32,000 nucleotides of DNA from positions 377,992 to 409,991 of the forward strand of contig DDVS01000002.1 of NCBI GenBank assembly GCA_002345565.1, read 5' to 3'. Each line of letters starts with the position of its first letter. Position 1 is the first letter of the stretch. Under the pieces are notes generated by a model. The model saw only the letters and a program-made list of their open reading frames with translations, was not told where the DNA came from and did not search any database. This DNA is from Flavobacteriales bacterium UBA2306. Its GTDB lineage: Bacteria > Bacteroidota > Bacteroidia > Flavobacteriales > Weeksellaceae. Of the stretch, positions 23,984-32,000 are shown piece by piece. A program made the position numbers and the translations under genes.

Positions 23984-24988
23984 TTAAAAATCTTCCACTT
24001 CAATCTTCTCTTTAAAATCCTCAATAGTTTCCTCTATCGATTTGAAATACTTTCCGCCAGAAGCATTGATATGTCCGCCTCCGTTGAAGTATTTTCTTGC
24101 AAACTGATTCGTATCCACAGAATCTTTGGAACGGAAAGAAATTTTGATGAAATCCTCGTAAAGGTCTTCCATAAAGAAAACTGCCATTTTGGTTCCAAGA
24201 ACGCTGAGTCCATAATTTACGAAACCTTCCGTATCACCTTTGTCAAAACCATATTCTTTTAGTTCAGACCGTTTCAGCCAGAGAATGGCAACTTTTCCTT
24301 CTTTCGTCAACTCAATTCTGCTAAGAACTAATGAAAGCAAATGTAATCGTGAAATTGTGTTTGTATCCCAAGTGTTTGACGTGATTATTGCTGGGTCAGC
24401 GCCTTTTTCAATCAAATCAGCAACAATTCTATGGGTTGTTGCACTTGTAGAACGGAATCGGAATCCGCCTGTATCTGTCATTATTCCTGTATAAAGACAT
24501 TGTGCAACATTTAGATTCACAAGATTTTCATCATTATTGGCCTGGATAAAATGATAAACCATTTGGCAAGTCGCAGGAACTGTCGTGTCAGAATAGACAT
24601 AATCAAATTGTTCCGGCATCTGATGATGGTCAATCAAAACTTTTTTGGCTTTAGACTTCGTAACCCAATCGCCAAGAATCCCGATTCTGGTTGGGGAATT
24701 AAAATCTAAACAAAAAATAACATCCGCATTGTAAATAGCTTCGCCGGTCATTTTTCTTTTATATTCTCCAATGATTATTTGCTTGGCTTCCGGCATCCAT
24801 TTTAGGAATTTTGGAAAATCATTTGGTGTGATAACTTTGGCGTTAATGCCTTTGGTTTTCAAATAATGTTTGAGACCAAGAGAAGAACCAATGGCGTCGC
24901 CGTCTGGATTGTGATGCGTTACAATAACGATATTGTTTTCCGGAACGAGAAGGCTGTTGATTTCTGAAATTTCTTTGGCTGTGAACAT
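23984..24988 (-). CDS. nrnA: DHH/DHHA1 family phosphoesterase (NrnA-type oligoribonuclease / pAp phosphatase)
   Basis: 334 aa with VIVTHHNPDGDAIGSS, LIDHHQ (the DHH motif) and GGGHINASGG (DHHA1). Confidence 0.85.
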   Translation of the reverse strand: MFTAKEISEINSLLVPENNIVIVTHHNPDGDAIGSSLGLKHYLKTKGINAKVITPNDFPKFLKWMPEAKQIIIGEYKRKMTGEAIYNADVIFCLDFNSPTRIGILGDWVTKSKAKKVLIDHHQMPEQFDYVYSDTTVPATCQMVYHFIQANNDENLVNLNVAQCLYTGIMTDTGGFRFRSTSATTHRIVADLIEKGADPAIITSNTWDTNTISRLHLLSLVLSRIELTKEGKVAILWLKRSELKEYGFDKGDTEGFVNYGLSVLGTKMAVFFMEDLYEDFIKISFRSKDSVDTNQFARKYFNGGGHINASGGKYFKSIEETIEDFKEKIEVEDF

Positions 24989-25028
24989 AATTGATGATAA
25001 TTAAGTCTCAAAGGTAAAACTTTAAAAT

Positions 25029-25053
25029 AAAAAAATTGGCTCAAAGTTGAACC
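25029..25053 (-). terminator. Probable terminator of the T9SS-cargo gene
   Basis: On the minus strand, ggttcaa/ttgagcc forms a stem (25038-25053) followed by a U-tract (plus-strand A7 at 25029-35). The stem is short with a tight loop. Confidence 0.45.
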
Positions 25054-25077
25054 GATTTTTTTACTATGGATGCATCA

Positions 25078-25764
25078 TTATTTTTTGATAATCTTCTGAA
25101 CAGATTCTCCGTTAATTTTCAAATAATAAATTCCTGGAGTGAGATTTCTGACATTGATTTCGATTTTGTCCGAACTGTTGCCCGAAATTGATTTTACTAA
25201 ATTTCCGGAGCTGTCCACGATTTCCATATTGGAGTTAGGCTTCAGATTTTCGATTTTCAAGAAATCAGAAACTGGATTTGGAAAAACGTTAGACTTTTTT
25301 AACGAATTATTTTTTACGGAAAGGATTGCAGATTTAAAATAAATTGACTGAAAAATAGCATTACTAATTATCAATGTCTTTTCATTTCCATTATTTTCTA
25401 TGTTGTAAAAATAGTTACCATTAATTGCGAAAAAAGAACAGAGCACCCCAAAAAACTGGTTAACTTGGCCATTATCGCTCAAATAGTCTGCTAAAGTACA
25501 AGTCTTATTGCTTACTGTAAAGCTATTTTGTCCGTTAAAACTTACATCCGCCGAAAGCATATTAAAAAAGGATAAATTAAGACGATTCGGACTTGTTTCA
25601 AACTTTGTAACCTGCTGATAAGGCATAGACGGAGGTAATTGTTCTGTTGGGGACAATTCTCCCACAAACTTGGTAATTTTCCAGTCTGTATTTAGTAAAT
25701 CAGGATTTTGGGAAAATCCAAATAGCCATAAAAAGCTGAATAATAATATGTAAAATTTTTTCAT
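25078..25764 (-). CDS. Small secreted protein with a T9SS type A C-terminal sorting domain
   Basis: The signal peptide is MKKFYILLFSFLWLFGFSQ. The C-terminus is VFPNPVSDFLKIENL...GIYYLKINGESVQKIIKK, a classic Por/T9SS CTD. The N-domain starts LLNTDWKITKFVGE (META/HslJ-like pattern, weak). Confidence 0.8.
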   Translation of the reverse strand: MKKFYILLFSFLWLFGFSQNPDLLNTDWKITKFVGELSPTEQLPPSMPYQQVTKFETSPNRLNLSFFNMLSADVSFNGQNSFTVSNKTCTLADYLSDNGQVNQFFGVLCSFFAINGNYFYNIENNGNEKTLIISNAIFQSIYFKSAILSVKNNSLKKSNVFPNPVSDFLKIENLKPNSNMEIVDSSGNLVKSISGNSSDKIEINVRNLTPGIYYLKINGESVQKIIKK

Positions 25765-25896
25765 AAGCGCAAGTTTTTTTTTGTTTATAAAGTTAAAATA
25801 TTTTGTAAAACATTGATATATTTAATGCTATAAGTTTTGAACTCTGCGCTCAAAATTTCCTTACCTTTGCCGTTCATTTCAATTTCATTCAAAATA

Positions 25897-26772
25897 ATGC
25901 ACAAAGCAGGATTCGTAAATATCGTAGGAAAACCAAATGCCGGAAAATCTACACTTCTCAATCAATTGATGGGCGAGAAGCTGGCAATTGTTACGCAAAA
26001 AGCTCAGACCACAAGACATAGAATTTTTGGAATTTATAATGAAGAAGACCTTCAAATTGTGTTTTCTGATACACCCGGAGTTCTGGATCCAAAGTATGGT
26101 TTGCAGGAAAAAATGATGGATTTTGTGAAGGATTCTTTGCAAGATGCCGATGTATTTTTGTTCATCGTAGATGTAACGGATAAAAGTGAACAATCAGAAT
26201 TTTTGATTGAAAAACTGAATAAAATTCCTGTTCCGGTATTGCTCTTACTCAATAAAATCGATCAAACCAATCAACAGGATCTTGAAAAAATAGCAACTGA
26301 CTGGCACGAGAGAATCCCAAAGGCAGAGATTCTTCCTATTTCGGCTCTCAATAATTTTAATCTGGACGTTATTCTTCCAAAATTGAAAGAAATGTTACCA
26401 GAAAATCCGGCGTATTATGACAAAGATATGTACACAGATAAGCCAGAACGTTTCTTTGTAAATGAAGCCATCAGAGAAAAAATTCTATTGAATTATGAGA
26501 AAGAAATTCCTTATTCTGTAGAAGTGGTAACGGAGATGTTCAAGGAAAAAGAAGGTATTATTTTCATCGATTCCATTATATATGTAGAGCGTGAAACCCA
26601 GAAAGGAATTATTATTGGTCACAAAGGCGAAGCTATCAAAAAAGTTGGTACAGAAGCCAGAATAGATTTAGAAAAATTCTTTAACAAAAAACTTCATCTC
26701 AATCTTTTTGTGAAAGTCAAAAAAGATTGGCGGAAAAATGACAGAGACCTCAAAAATTTTGGTTACCGATAA
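25897..26772 (+). CDS. era: GTPase Era
   Basis: The start is set at ATG 25897 (MHKAGFVNIVGKPNAGKSTLLN is G1). DTPG (G3), NKID (G4) and a C-terminal KH domain (GIIIGHKGEAIKKVG) are present. The TTG at 25837 in the ORF track adds 20 unlikely residues. Confidence 0.92.
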   Translation: MHKAGFVNIVGKPNAGKSTLLNQLMGEKLAIVTQKAQTTRHRIFGIYNEEDLQIVFSDTPGVLDPKYGLQEKMMDFVKDSLQDADVFLFIVDVTDKSEQSEFLIEKLNKIPVPVLLLLNKIDQTNQQDLEKIATDWHERIPKAEILPISALNNFNLDVILPKLKEMLPENPAYYDKDMYTDKPERFFVNEAIREKILLNYEKEIPYSVEVVTEMFKEKEGIIFIDSIIYVERETQKGIIIGHKGEAIKKVGTEARIDLEKFFNKKLHLNLFVKVKKDWRKNDRDLKNFGYR

Positions 26773-26778
26773 AATGTC

Positions 26779-26807
26779 AAAAATCCTTTATTATAAAGGA
26801 TTTTTTT
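26779..26807. terminator. Bidirectional terminator between era and a convergent small ORF
   Basis: aaaaatcctttat / ataaaggattttt is a palindrome centred near 26792, flanked by A and T runs. Confidence 0.7.
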
Positions 26808-26820
26808 ATTTAATAATGAT

Positions 26821-27003
26821 TTAAAACCATTGTGCTACATAATCTTTGATGATAATCCAGAAGTTTTTTCCAAGAAAATAGATTAATGTAGAGGTTATAA
26901 TTCCTTTGACCGTAAAAAAAATAATACCACCAATTCCAAAACGCTTAACCCAAAGTTTCCATTTAGGGATTTTAGTTTCTTCGGTTAGGTTTTCATTTTC
27001 CAT
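26821..27003 (-). CDS. Small membrane protein, hypothetical
   Basis: 60 aa. An acidic N-terminus is followed by the hydrophobic stretch [24 protein letters not shown]. It is bounded by a terminator. There is no motif support. Confidence 0.4.
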   Translation of the reverse strand: MENENLTEETKIPKWKLWVKRFGIGGIIFFTVKGIITSTLIYFLGKNFWIIIKDYVAQWF

Positions 27004-27070
27004 TACTTTTTTATTTTTTTCAAAATTACGAAAATAATTGCAGTTTAGATTTATTCAAAATAATAATTTT

Positions 27071-27086
27071 ACTAACGTTTGTTAGT
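27071..27086. promoter_or_regulatory. Perfect palindrome ACTAAC-N4-GTTAGT, candidate operator upstream of the lysine-catabolic genes
   Basis: actaacgtttgttagt lies 58 nt upstream of the ALDH ATG, in a divergent intergenic region. There is no upstream co-oriented gene that it could terminate. Confidence 0.3.
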
Positions 27087-27143
27087 TTTTTCTTTGTTGG
27101 TCAAAATATATTTTTATCTTTAGAAACGAGTAATAAAAATATT

Positions 27144-28694
27144 ATGGCAAAAAAATCAGAGACAATTTCTATATCAAAAAATCTCAAAAAATTAGGAATT
27201 TCATCAGAAAACAATGGAACATCTACAGGGAATAAATTTTTTTCTACTGGAAAAAAAATAGAGAGTATTTCGCCAGTAGATGGTAAAAAGATAGCCTCAG
27301 TTAAAACTTCTAATGCCAAAGATTACGAAAAAGTTGTAGCCAAAGCGCAAAATGCGTACAAAGAATTCAGACAAATTCCGGCACCAAAACGAGGCGATTT
27401 AGTTCGGCAATTCGGAAATAAATTGAGAGAATATAAGGATGATTTGGGTAAACTCGTTTCTTATGAAATGGGGAAATCTTTGCAGGAAGGTCTTGGTGAA
27501 GTTCAGGAAATGATTGATATCTGCGATTTTGCAGTCGGATTATCTCGTCAGCTTCACGGTTACACAATGCATTCCGAAAGGCCGGGACACAGGATGTACG
27601 AGCAATATCATCCGCTGGGGATTGTTGGTGTGATTTCCGCTTTCAATTTTCCGGTTGCAGTCTGGAGCTGGAACGCTGCATTAGCTTGGATTTGTGGAAA
27701 TGTTGTGATTTGGAAACCATCAGAAAAAACTCCGCTTTGTGCGATTGCTTGCCAAAATATTTTTGCAGAAGTTGCCAGAGAAAATGATTTGCCGGAAGGA
27801 ATTTCGAACTTAGTAATTGCTGACCACGAGATTGGAGATAAATTAGTTAATGATAAAAAAATTGCATTAGTTTCTTTCACAGGTTCTACCAGAGTTGGAA
27901 GAATTGTAGGGAAAAATGTAGCAGAGCGTTTCGGAAAATCAATTCTGGAATTGGGTGGAAATAACGCGATTATCATTACAGAAAATGCCGATCTTAATAT
28001 GTCAATTATCGGTGCGGTTTTCGGAGCTGTTGGAACTGCTGGACAAAGATGTACTTCTACAAGAAGATTGATTATCCACGAATCTGTTTATGATGAAGTT
28101 AAAAATCGTTTGGTGAAAGCTTACGGACAACTTAAAATCGGAAATCCTTTGGATGAAACCAATCACGTTGGTCCGTTGATTGACCAATCTGCTGTTAAAC
28201 AATATCAAGATTCCATCGAAAAATGTAAATCTGAAGGTGGAAAATTCATCGTTGAAGGTGGCGTTTTGGAAGGCGAAAATTATATTTCCGGTTGTTACGT
28301 GAAACCTTGTATCGCTGAGGTTGAAAATAGTTACGAAATCGTTCAACACGAGACATTTGCACCAATTCTTTATTTGATAAAATATAAAACTCTGGACGAA
28401 GCAATCGCTTTACAGAATGATGTTCCGCAAGGTTTGAGCTCTGCGATTATGACTCAAAACCTAAGAGAAGCAGAATTATTCTTGTCAAACGGAGGTTCAG
28501 ATTGTGGAATCGCAAATGTGAATATCGGAACTTCAGGCGCAGAAATCGGAGGTGCTTTCGGAGGTGAAAAAGAAACAGGAGGCGGAAGAGAATCTGGTTC
28601 CGATGTTTGGAAATATTATATGAGAAGACAGACTAACACCATCAATTATACCACCAGCTTACCTTTAGCACAGGGAATTAAATTCGATTTATAA
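27144..28694 (+). CDS. ALDH7-type aldehyde dehydrogenase (alpha-aminoadipic semialdehyde / piperideine-6-carboxylate dehydrogenase)
   Basis: 516 aa with [59 protein letters not shown], which is antiquitin-like. It also has ELGGNNA and the catalytic Cys in [13 protein letters not shown]. Confidence 0.85.
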   Translation: MAKKSETISISKNLKKLGISSENNGTSTGNKFFSTGKKIESISPVDGKKIASVKTSNAKDYEKVVAKAQNAYKEFRQIPAPKRGDLVRQFGNKLREYKDDLGKLVSYEMGKSLQEGLGEVQEMIDICDFAVGLSRQLHGYTMHSERPGHRMYEQYHPLGIVGVISAFNFPVAVWSWNAALAWICGNVVIWKPSEKTPLCAIACQNIFAEVARENDLPEGISNLVIADHEIGDKLVNDKKIALVSFTGSTRVGRIVGKNVAERFGKSILELGGNNAIIITENADLNMSIIGAVFGAVGTAGQRCTSTRRLIIHESVYDEVKNRLVKAYGQLKIGNPLDETNHVGPLIDQSAVKQYQDSIEKCKSEGGKFIVEGGVLEGENYISGCYVKPCIAEVENSYEIVQHETFAPILYLIKYKTLDEAIALQNDVPQGLSSAIMTQNLREAELFLSNGGSDCGIANVNIGTSGAEIGGAFGGEKETGGGRESGSDVWKYYMRRQTNTINYTTSLPLAQGIKFDL

Positions 28695-28721
28695 TTTTGA
28701 TTTACACAAATTTTTACGTAG

Positions 28722-29741
28722 ATGAATAAAATTTCTTTCATATTAGTTTTCTGTTTTACATTTTTTTCTTGTCAGAAAAAATTTAATATGCCTGAATACG
28801 AGGATGTGATGATGACTTCAAATACGTATAATCTTCCGTTTAATATCAACTTTACTTCTGAAACTTTTCCTCAAAATCTTAAACGAATAGTTCAAAAAAA
28901 GGATGATGAAATTTTGAATATTTTGGAATACGACAAATCTGGAAATTTGATATTTAAATATTATAGACAATATGTGAGTGATAACTGGAATGGAAAATAT
29001 TTGACAATTATTGAGAGAAATACGTATGATGCTAATAATAGAATGATTCAAACAATAATTTTGCATTCTAATACAGGAGCGGATAAAAATTTATATGAAT
29101 ACGATTTTGTAGGAAACTTGAAGCTTGTATTGAAAACACATATTGAGGCTTCAGGAATCAATGATAATCCTTGGAGATATATTGAAAACATTAAAACTTT
29201 TACGGATTTTGATGAAGATAAAAATGTTGGAAAAATTCAACAAAAAAAAGATTTCAGCAAGGAAGTTTATGAATATGATTCTGAAAAAAATCAAGTGAAA
29301 AATTATTTTTATGAAAGGAAGAAAAAGCCGTCAAATTTTTACCTGTACAAATTTGAAAATGATAAATTAATCTCAAAAATTCTTTATGAAGACGAAACTA
29401 TAGATTATTCGAATTCTTATTTTCTTTCGTATCAAAATAATGTTTCTATTAAGACGATATATGATAATAATAAAAAGATTTCTAACATTATTAAGGAAAC
29501 GAATGGCTCTTCCGAGAAAATAATTGAAGATGAAGGAAAGGAATATAACTATTTGCAAAAGAAAGTATTCAAAGGGAAAGTTTTGATTTCATTATACAAT
29601 AAAAATTATGATAATAATGAAGAAGATACTGAGAAGTATGAATTAGATAAATATAATTTGCCTGTAAAAATGATTCACCAGTCAACACTGGAAAATTTCA
29701 CCATTGTCTTTACAAACGATTATACATTTTATCAGGAGTAA
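28722..29741 (+). CDS. Hypothetical lipoprotein with degenerate YD/RHS-like repeats, N/K/Y-rich
   Basis: The lipobox is FTFFSCQKK. Y-x-Y-D-x-x-G/N-x-L-like units recur: LEYDKSGNLIF, TYDANNRMIQ, YEYDFVGNLKL, YEYDSEKNQVK and YELDKYNLPVK. It is visibly more AT-rich than both neighbours. Confidence 0.65.
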   Translation: MNKISFILVFCFTFFSCQKKFNMPEYEDVMMTSNTYNLPFNINFTSETFPQNLKRIVQKKDDEILNILEYDKSGNLIFKYYRQYVSDNWNGKYLTIIERNTYDANNRMIQTIILHSNTGADKNLYEYDFVGNLKLVLKTHIEASGINDNPWRYIENIKTFTDFDEDKNVGKIQQKKDFSKEVYEYDSEKNQVKNYFYERKKKPSNFYLYKFENDKLISKILYEDETIDYSNSYFLSYQNNVSIKTIYDNNKKISNIIKETNGSSEKIIEDEGKEYNYLQKKVFKGKVLISLYNKNYDNNEEDTEKYELDKYNLPVKMIHQSTLENFTIVFTNDYTFYQE

Positions 29742-29772
29742 TTTTTCGCACAATTTTAAAATTTAAAAAACT

Positions 29773-31095
29773 ATGAATAATACAATGATTGAAAATAAAG
29801 TAAAAGAAACACTCGGAAAACACATCCTTGCAGATGGTTTCGATTTTGTGATGGATTACGAAAAATCCCACGGTTCCTACATCGCAGACCGATTAACAGG
29901 CAAAGAATATCTCGATATGTTCTCTATGTTTGCATCCGCTTCTGTTGGATATAATCATCCTTACATTTTGGAAAAAGCCGATTGGCTGGGAAAAATGGCG
30001 ATTTACAAACCAACGCTTAGTGATGTTTATCTTCAGGAGTATGCCGATTTTATGGAGGTTTTTTCCAGAGTTGCAATTCCGAAAGAATTACCGTATTGCT
30101 TTTTTGTAGAAGGTGGCGCTTTGGCAGTTGAGAACGCTTTGAAAACCGCTTTTGATTGGAAAACCAGAAAAAACTGGCAAAAAGATATTGATAAAGAAGC
30201 GGGAATGGTTATCCATTTCAAACAATCTTTTCACGGACGAAGTGGTTATACATTATCATTGACTAACACTTCCGATCCAAGAAAACATCAATATTTCCCA
30301 AAATTCGATTGGCCAAGAATTAACAATCCAAAGCTGAATTTCCCAATTACAGAAGATAATCTGGAAGAAACCGTCAAGCACGAACAATTAGCATTATTGC
30401 ATATTCAGGAAGCGATTTTGGCAAATCCTGATGAAGTGGCTTGTGTAATTATCGAACCAATCCAGGCAGAAGGTGGCGACAATCATTTCCGAAACGAATT
30501 CTTTACCGAATTAAGAAAAATCTGCGACGAAAACGAAATTCTTTTAATACTTGATGAAGTTCAAACAGGAATCGGAATGACAGGGAAAATGTGGGCTTTC
30601 CAACATCTTGATATTATTCCTGATGTAATTACTTTTGGTAAGAAAGCCCAGGTTTGTGGAATCCTTGCCAATAAAGAAAAACTGGACGAAGTTGAACATC
30701 ACGTTTTCAAAGAAAGCTCTAGAATTAATTCTACTTTTGGTGGGAATTTTATCGATATGCTGCGTTTTCAATTGGTTTTAGAAATTATTGAAAATGAAAA
30801 TCTGGTAGAGAATTCCAGAATAGTAGGAGAGTTTCTATTAGAAGGATTGAAACAATTGGAACAAAAATATCCGGACCATATTTCGGCGGCTAGAGGAAAA
30901 GGCTTGATGTGTGCTTTCGATTTAAAAGATAATTCTTCTCGCGATTGGTTGAGAAATAAATTGTTTAATGAAGAAATCATTATCCTCAACTGTGGCGAAA
31001 AATCACTGCGATTTCGGCCGCATCTTAATGTAACAAAAACCGAAATTCAAATGGTTTTGGATAAAATAAATTTGATTTTTAATAATTTAATGTAA
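29773..31095 (+). CDS. lat: L-lysine 6-transaminase (lysine epsilon-aminotransferase), class III aminotransferase
   Basis: 440 aa with HILADGFDFVMDYEKSHGSYIADRLTGKEYLDMFSMFASASVGYNHP, IIEPIQAEGGDNHF, LDEVQTGIG and FGKKAQVCG (the PLP lysine region). These match the LAT pattern. Confidence 0.85.
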   Translation: MNNTMIENKVKETLGKHILADGFDFVMDYEKSHGSYIADRLTGKEYLDMFSMFASASVGYNHPYILEKADWLGKMAIYKPTLSDVYLQEYADFMEVFSRVAIPKELPYCFFVEGGALAVENALKTAFDWKTRKNWQKDIDKEAGMVIHFKQSFHGRSGYTLSLTNTSDPRKHQYFPKFDWPRINNPKLNFPITEDNLEETVKHEQLALLHIQEAILANPDEVACVIIEPIQAEGGDNHFRNEFFTELRKICDENEILLILDEVQTGIGMTGKMWAFQHLDIIPDVITFGKKAQVCGILANKEKLDEVEHHVFKESSRINSTFGGNFIDMLRFQLVLEIIENENLVENSRIVGEFLLEGLKQLEQKYPDHISAARGKGLMCAFDLKDNSSRDWLRNKLFNEEIIILNCGEKSLRFRPHLNVTKTEIQMVLDKINLIFNNLM

Positions 31096-31164
31096 AGAAT
31101 TTTAGATTTCCATATTTTTTTCGTAAATTGCTATGCTTTATTAACATTCAAAAATCTAAAAATT

Positions 31165-31392
31165 ATGGATGCAACAACAAGAGTGGCTGTTTTTGAAAGC
31201 AGCAGCCCGCAAGAGATTCAGCTTATAAAAGGAAGATTAGAAGAGGCAGGAATAAAATGTGATGTAGAAAATTCTTATCTAAGTTTCCTATCCACACCCA
31301 CTGCAACCAATACTTTTGTGAAAGTGGATCTGGCTGATGAAAAAAAAGCTTTCGATATTATTGATGAATATCTAAAATCAACCCAAAATTGA
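31165..31392 (+). CDS. DUF2007-like small protein (putative signal-transducing fold)
   Basis: 75 aa. RVAVFESSSPQEIQLIKGRLEEAGIKCDVEN resembles the DUF2007 beta-alpha-beta start. A good terminator follows. Confidence 0.55.
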   Translation: MDATTRVAVFESSSPQEIQLIKGRLEEAGIKCDVENSYLSFLSTPTATNTFVKVDLADEKKAFDIIDEYLKSTQN

Positions 31393-31422
31393 TTTCATAT
31401 TTTTAAATTTTACGTTTTACAG

Positions 31423-31460
31423 AAATCGGGTTCAAATTCTTTTGAGTCCGATTTTTTTCT
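31423..31460 (+). terminator. Rho-independent terminator of the DUF2007-like gene
   Basis: aaatcgggttcaaa (31423-31436), loop ttct, tttgagtccgattt (31441-31454) with two G:U pairs, then tttttt. Confidence 0.7.
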
Positions 31461-31498
31461 TCTTTGATAAAAAATTCTTATCATTGCACTGCAAAGAC

Positions 31499-31572
31499 GG
31501 GGAATTAGCTCATCTGGCTAGAGCGTTAGACTGGCAGTCTAAAGGTGACGGGTTCGATCCCCGTATTCTCCA
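31499..31572 (+). tRNA. tRNA-Ala (anticodon GGC)
   Basis: I folded it by hand. The acceptor stem is GGGGAAT/ATTCTCC with the G3:U70 alanine identity pair. The D arm is GCTC/GAGC. The anticodon stem is TTAGA/TCTAA with loop CTGGCAG (GGC at 31533-31535). The T arm is ACGGG-TTCGATC-CCCGT. The discriminator is A and no CCA is encoded. Total length is 74 nt. Confidence 0.93.
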
Positions 31573-31576
31573 CTTG

Positions 31577-31612
31577 AATAATCTTCTGAATTTCAGAAGA
31601 TTATTTTGTTTT
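31577..31612 (+). terminator. Terminator after tRNA-Ala
   Basis: aataatcttctgaa pairs with ttcagaagattatt in a 14-bp palindrome (31577-31605), followed by ttttgtttt. Confidence 0.75.
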
Positions 31613-31829
31613 ATGGCAAAATATTTGCATTCATCATCCCAAATATTCGAGTTCATAGAATACGATTATTGATTAAAGGGGGCATTAGTTGCCCTCTTAA
31701 TTTTTTTATGAATTAGATGATTGATTTCGCTTCAAACTCTTGTTTAATTTAGATAAGTATCCTATTTTTGTTAAGTTATCGGAAAAATGAATGCTAATTG
31801 AGGAAAAACTATTTTTTAAATTGAATTAA

Positions 31830-32000
31830 ATGAAAAAATCTGTACTACTCATATTATTCTCGATATTGATGGTCTCTTGTGCAACTTCTAAATCCGCAAA
31901 AAAATATTCTTACAAAAAAACAACAACTTATAAATCTGCCAATCTCAAAAAACTGAATTCCAATTATTCAGGAAATGTTTCAGGAACCCGAGCTTCTGTT
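31830..32000 (+). CDS. Hypothetical lipoprotein, N-terminal part (runs off the right edge)
   Basis: From the ATG at 31830 it reads MKKSVLLILFSILMVSCATSKSAKKYSYKKTTTYKSANLKKLNSNYSGNVSGTRASV. It has a lipobox (LMVSC) and is open to the window end. It is not in the ORF track because it has no stop. Confidence 0.55.
   Translation, partial: MKKSVLLILFSILMVSCATSKSAKKYSYKKTTTYKSANLKKLNSNYSGNVSGTRASV

Noticed and set aside
25837-25896. TTG start extending era by 20 codons
   Set aside because: The Era G1 motif follows the ATG at 25897 immediately, and the extension has no counterpart in the Era family pattern.
27004-27143. Possible lysine riboswitch ahead of the lysine-catabolic genes
   Set aside because: The leader is only about 140 nt and almost devoid of G/C. 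It cannot form the multi-helix L-box architecture.
31442-31672. 76-aa ORF from the track
   Set aside because: It reads straight through tRNA-Ala and both flanking terminators, so it is spurious.
1-32000. Search for a defence island, toxin-antitoxin pair, prophage, integrative element or secondary-metabolite cluster
   Set aside because: No transposase, integrase, recombinase, restriction/modification, Cas, phage structural or NRPS/PKS signatures are visible in any of the supplied translations. Apart from the items listed as findings, the window reads as core chromosome.

Overview
This is an AT-rich, gene-dense window (about 90% coding). By inference it comes from a Flavobacteriia/Weeksellaceae-type Bacteroidota chromosome (Chryseobacterium-like). 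The evidence is a T9SS C-terminal sorting domain, signal peptides ending in ...SQ/AQ, TAnnTTTG -7 promoter boxes, no Shine-Dalgarno sequences, and REP-like intergenic palindromes. Most genes are housekeeping: a fused OPRTase/OMP-decarboxylase, tag, kdsA, tilS, dsbD, nrnA, era, an OmpA-family lipoprotein, an NlpC/P60 peptidase and tRNA-Ala(GGC). I see no CRISPR array, transposase, integrase, phage module or recognisable defence or toxin-antitoxin island, and I cannot point to a clear novel multi-gene system. Eight items deserve a second look. (1) A 405-nt GxxExxY / PD-(D/E)XK-like gene sits between tilS and dsbD, bounded by four copies of an 18-nt motif. The copies can fold as two local hairpins or as one long nested stem that loops out the whole ORF, as in rRNA intervening sequences. 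(2) A perfect (CTAACAT)x9 heptanucleotide array, G-free on the sense strand, lies exactly between a perfect -7 box and the ATG of a DUF1697 gene. (3) A CBS-like PLP enzyme and a serine-palmitoyltransferase-like acyltransferase lie in tandem. This fits the cysteate synthase / cysteate acyltransferase pair of capnine-type sulfonolipid synthesis. A strong intrinsic terminator separates them. (4) The UMP synthase fusion is of the animal type. (5) A 1161-aa DUF2723/TMEM260-like GT-C membrane protein is present. (6) An L-lysine 6-transaminase and an ALDH7-type dehydrogenase form a lysine catabolic pair that is split by a lower-GC lipoprotein gene with degenerate YD-like repeats. (7) Several REP/MITE-like palindromes occur, and two terminator hairpins 10 kb apart are nearly identical. 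(8) A very AT-rich stretch carries fragmentary hydrophobic ORFs. All product calls come from motifs read in the supplied translations. No database search was run.
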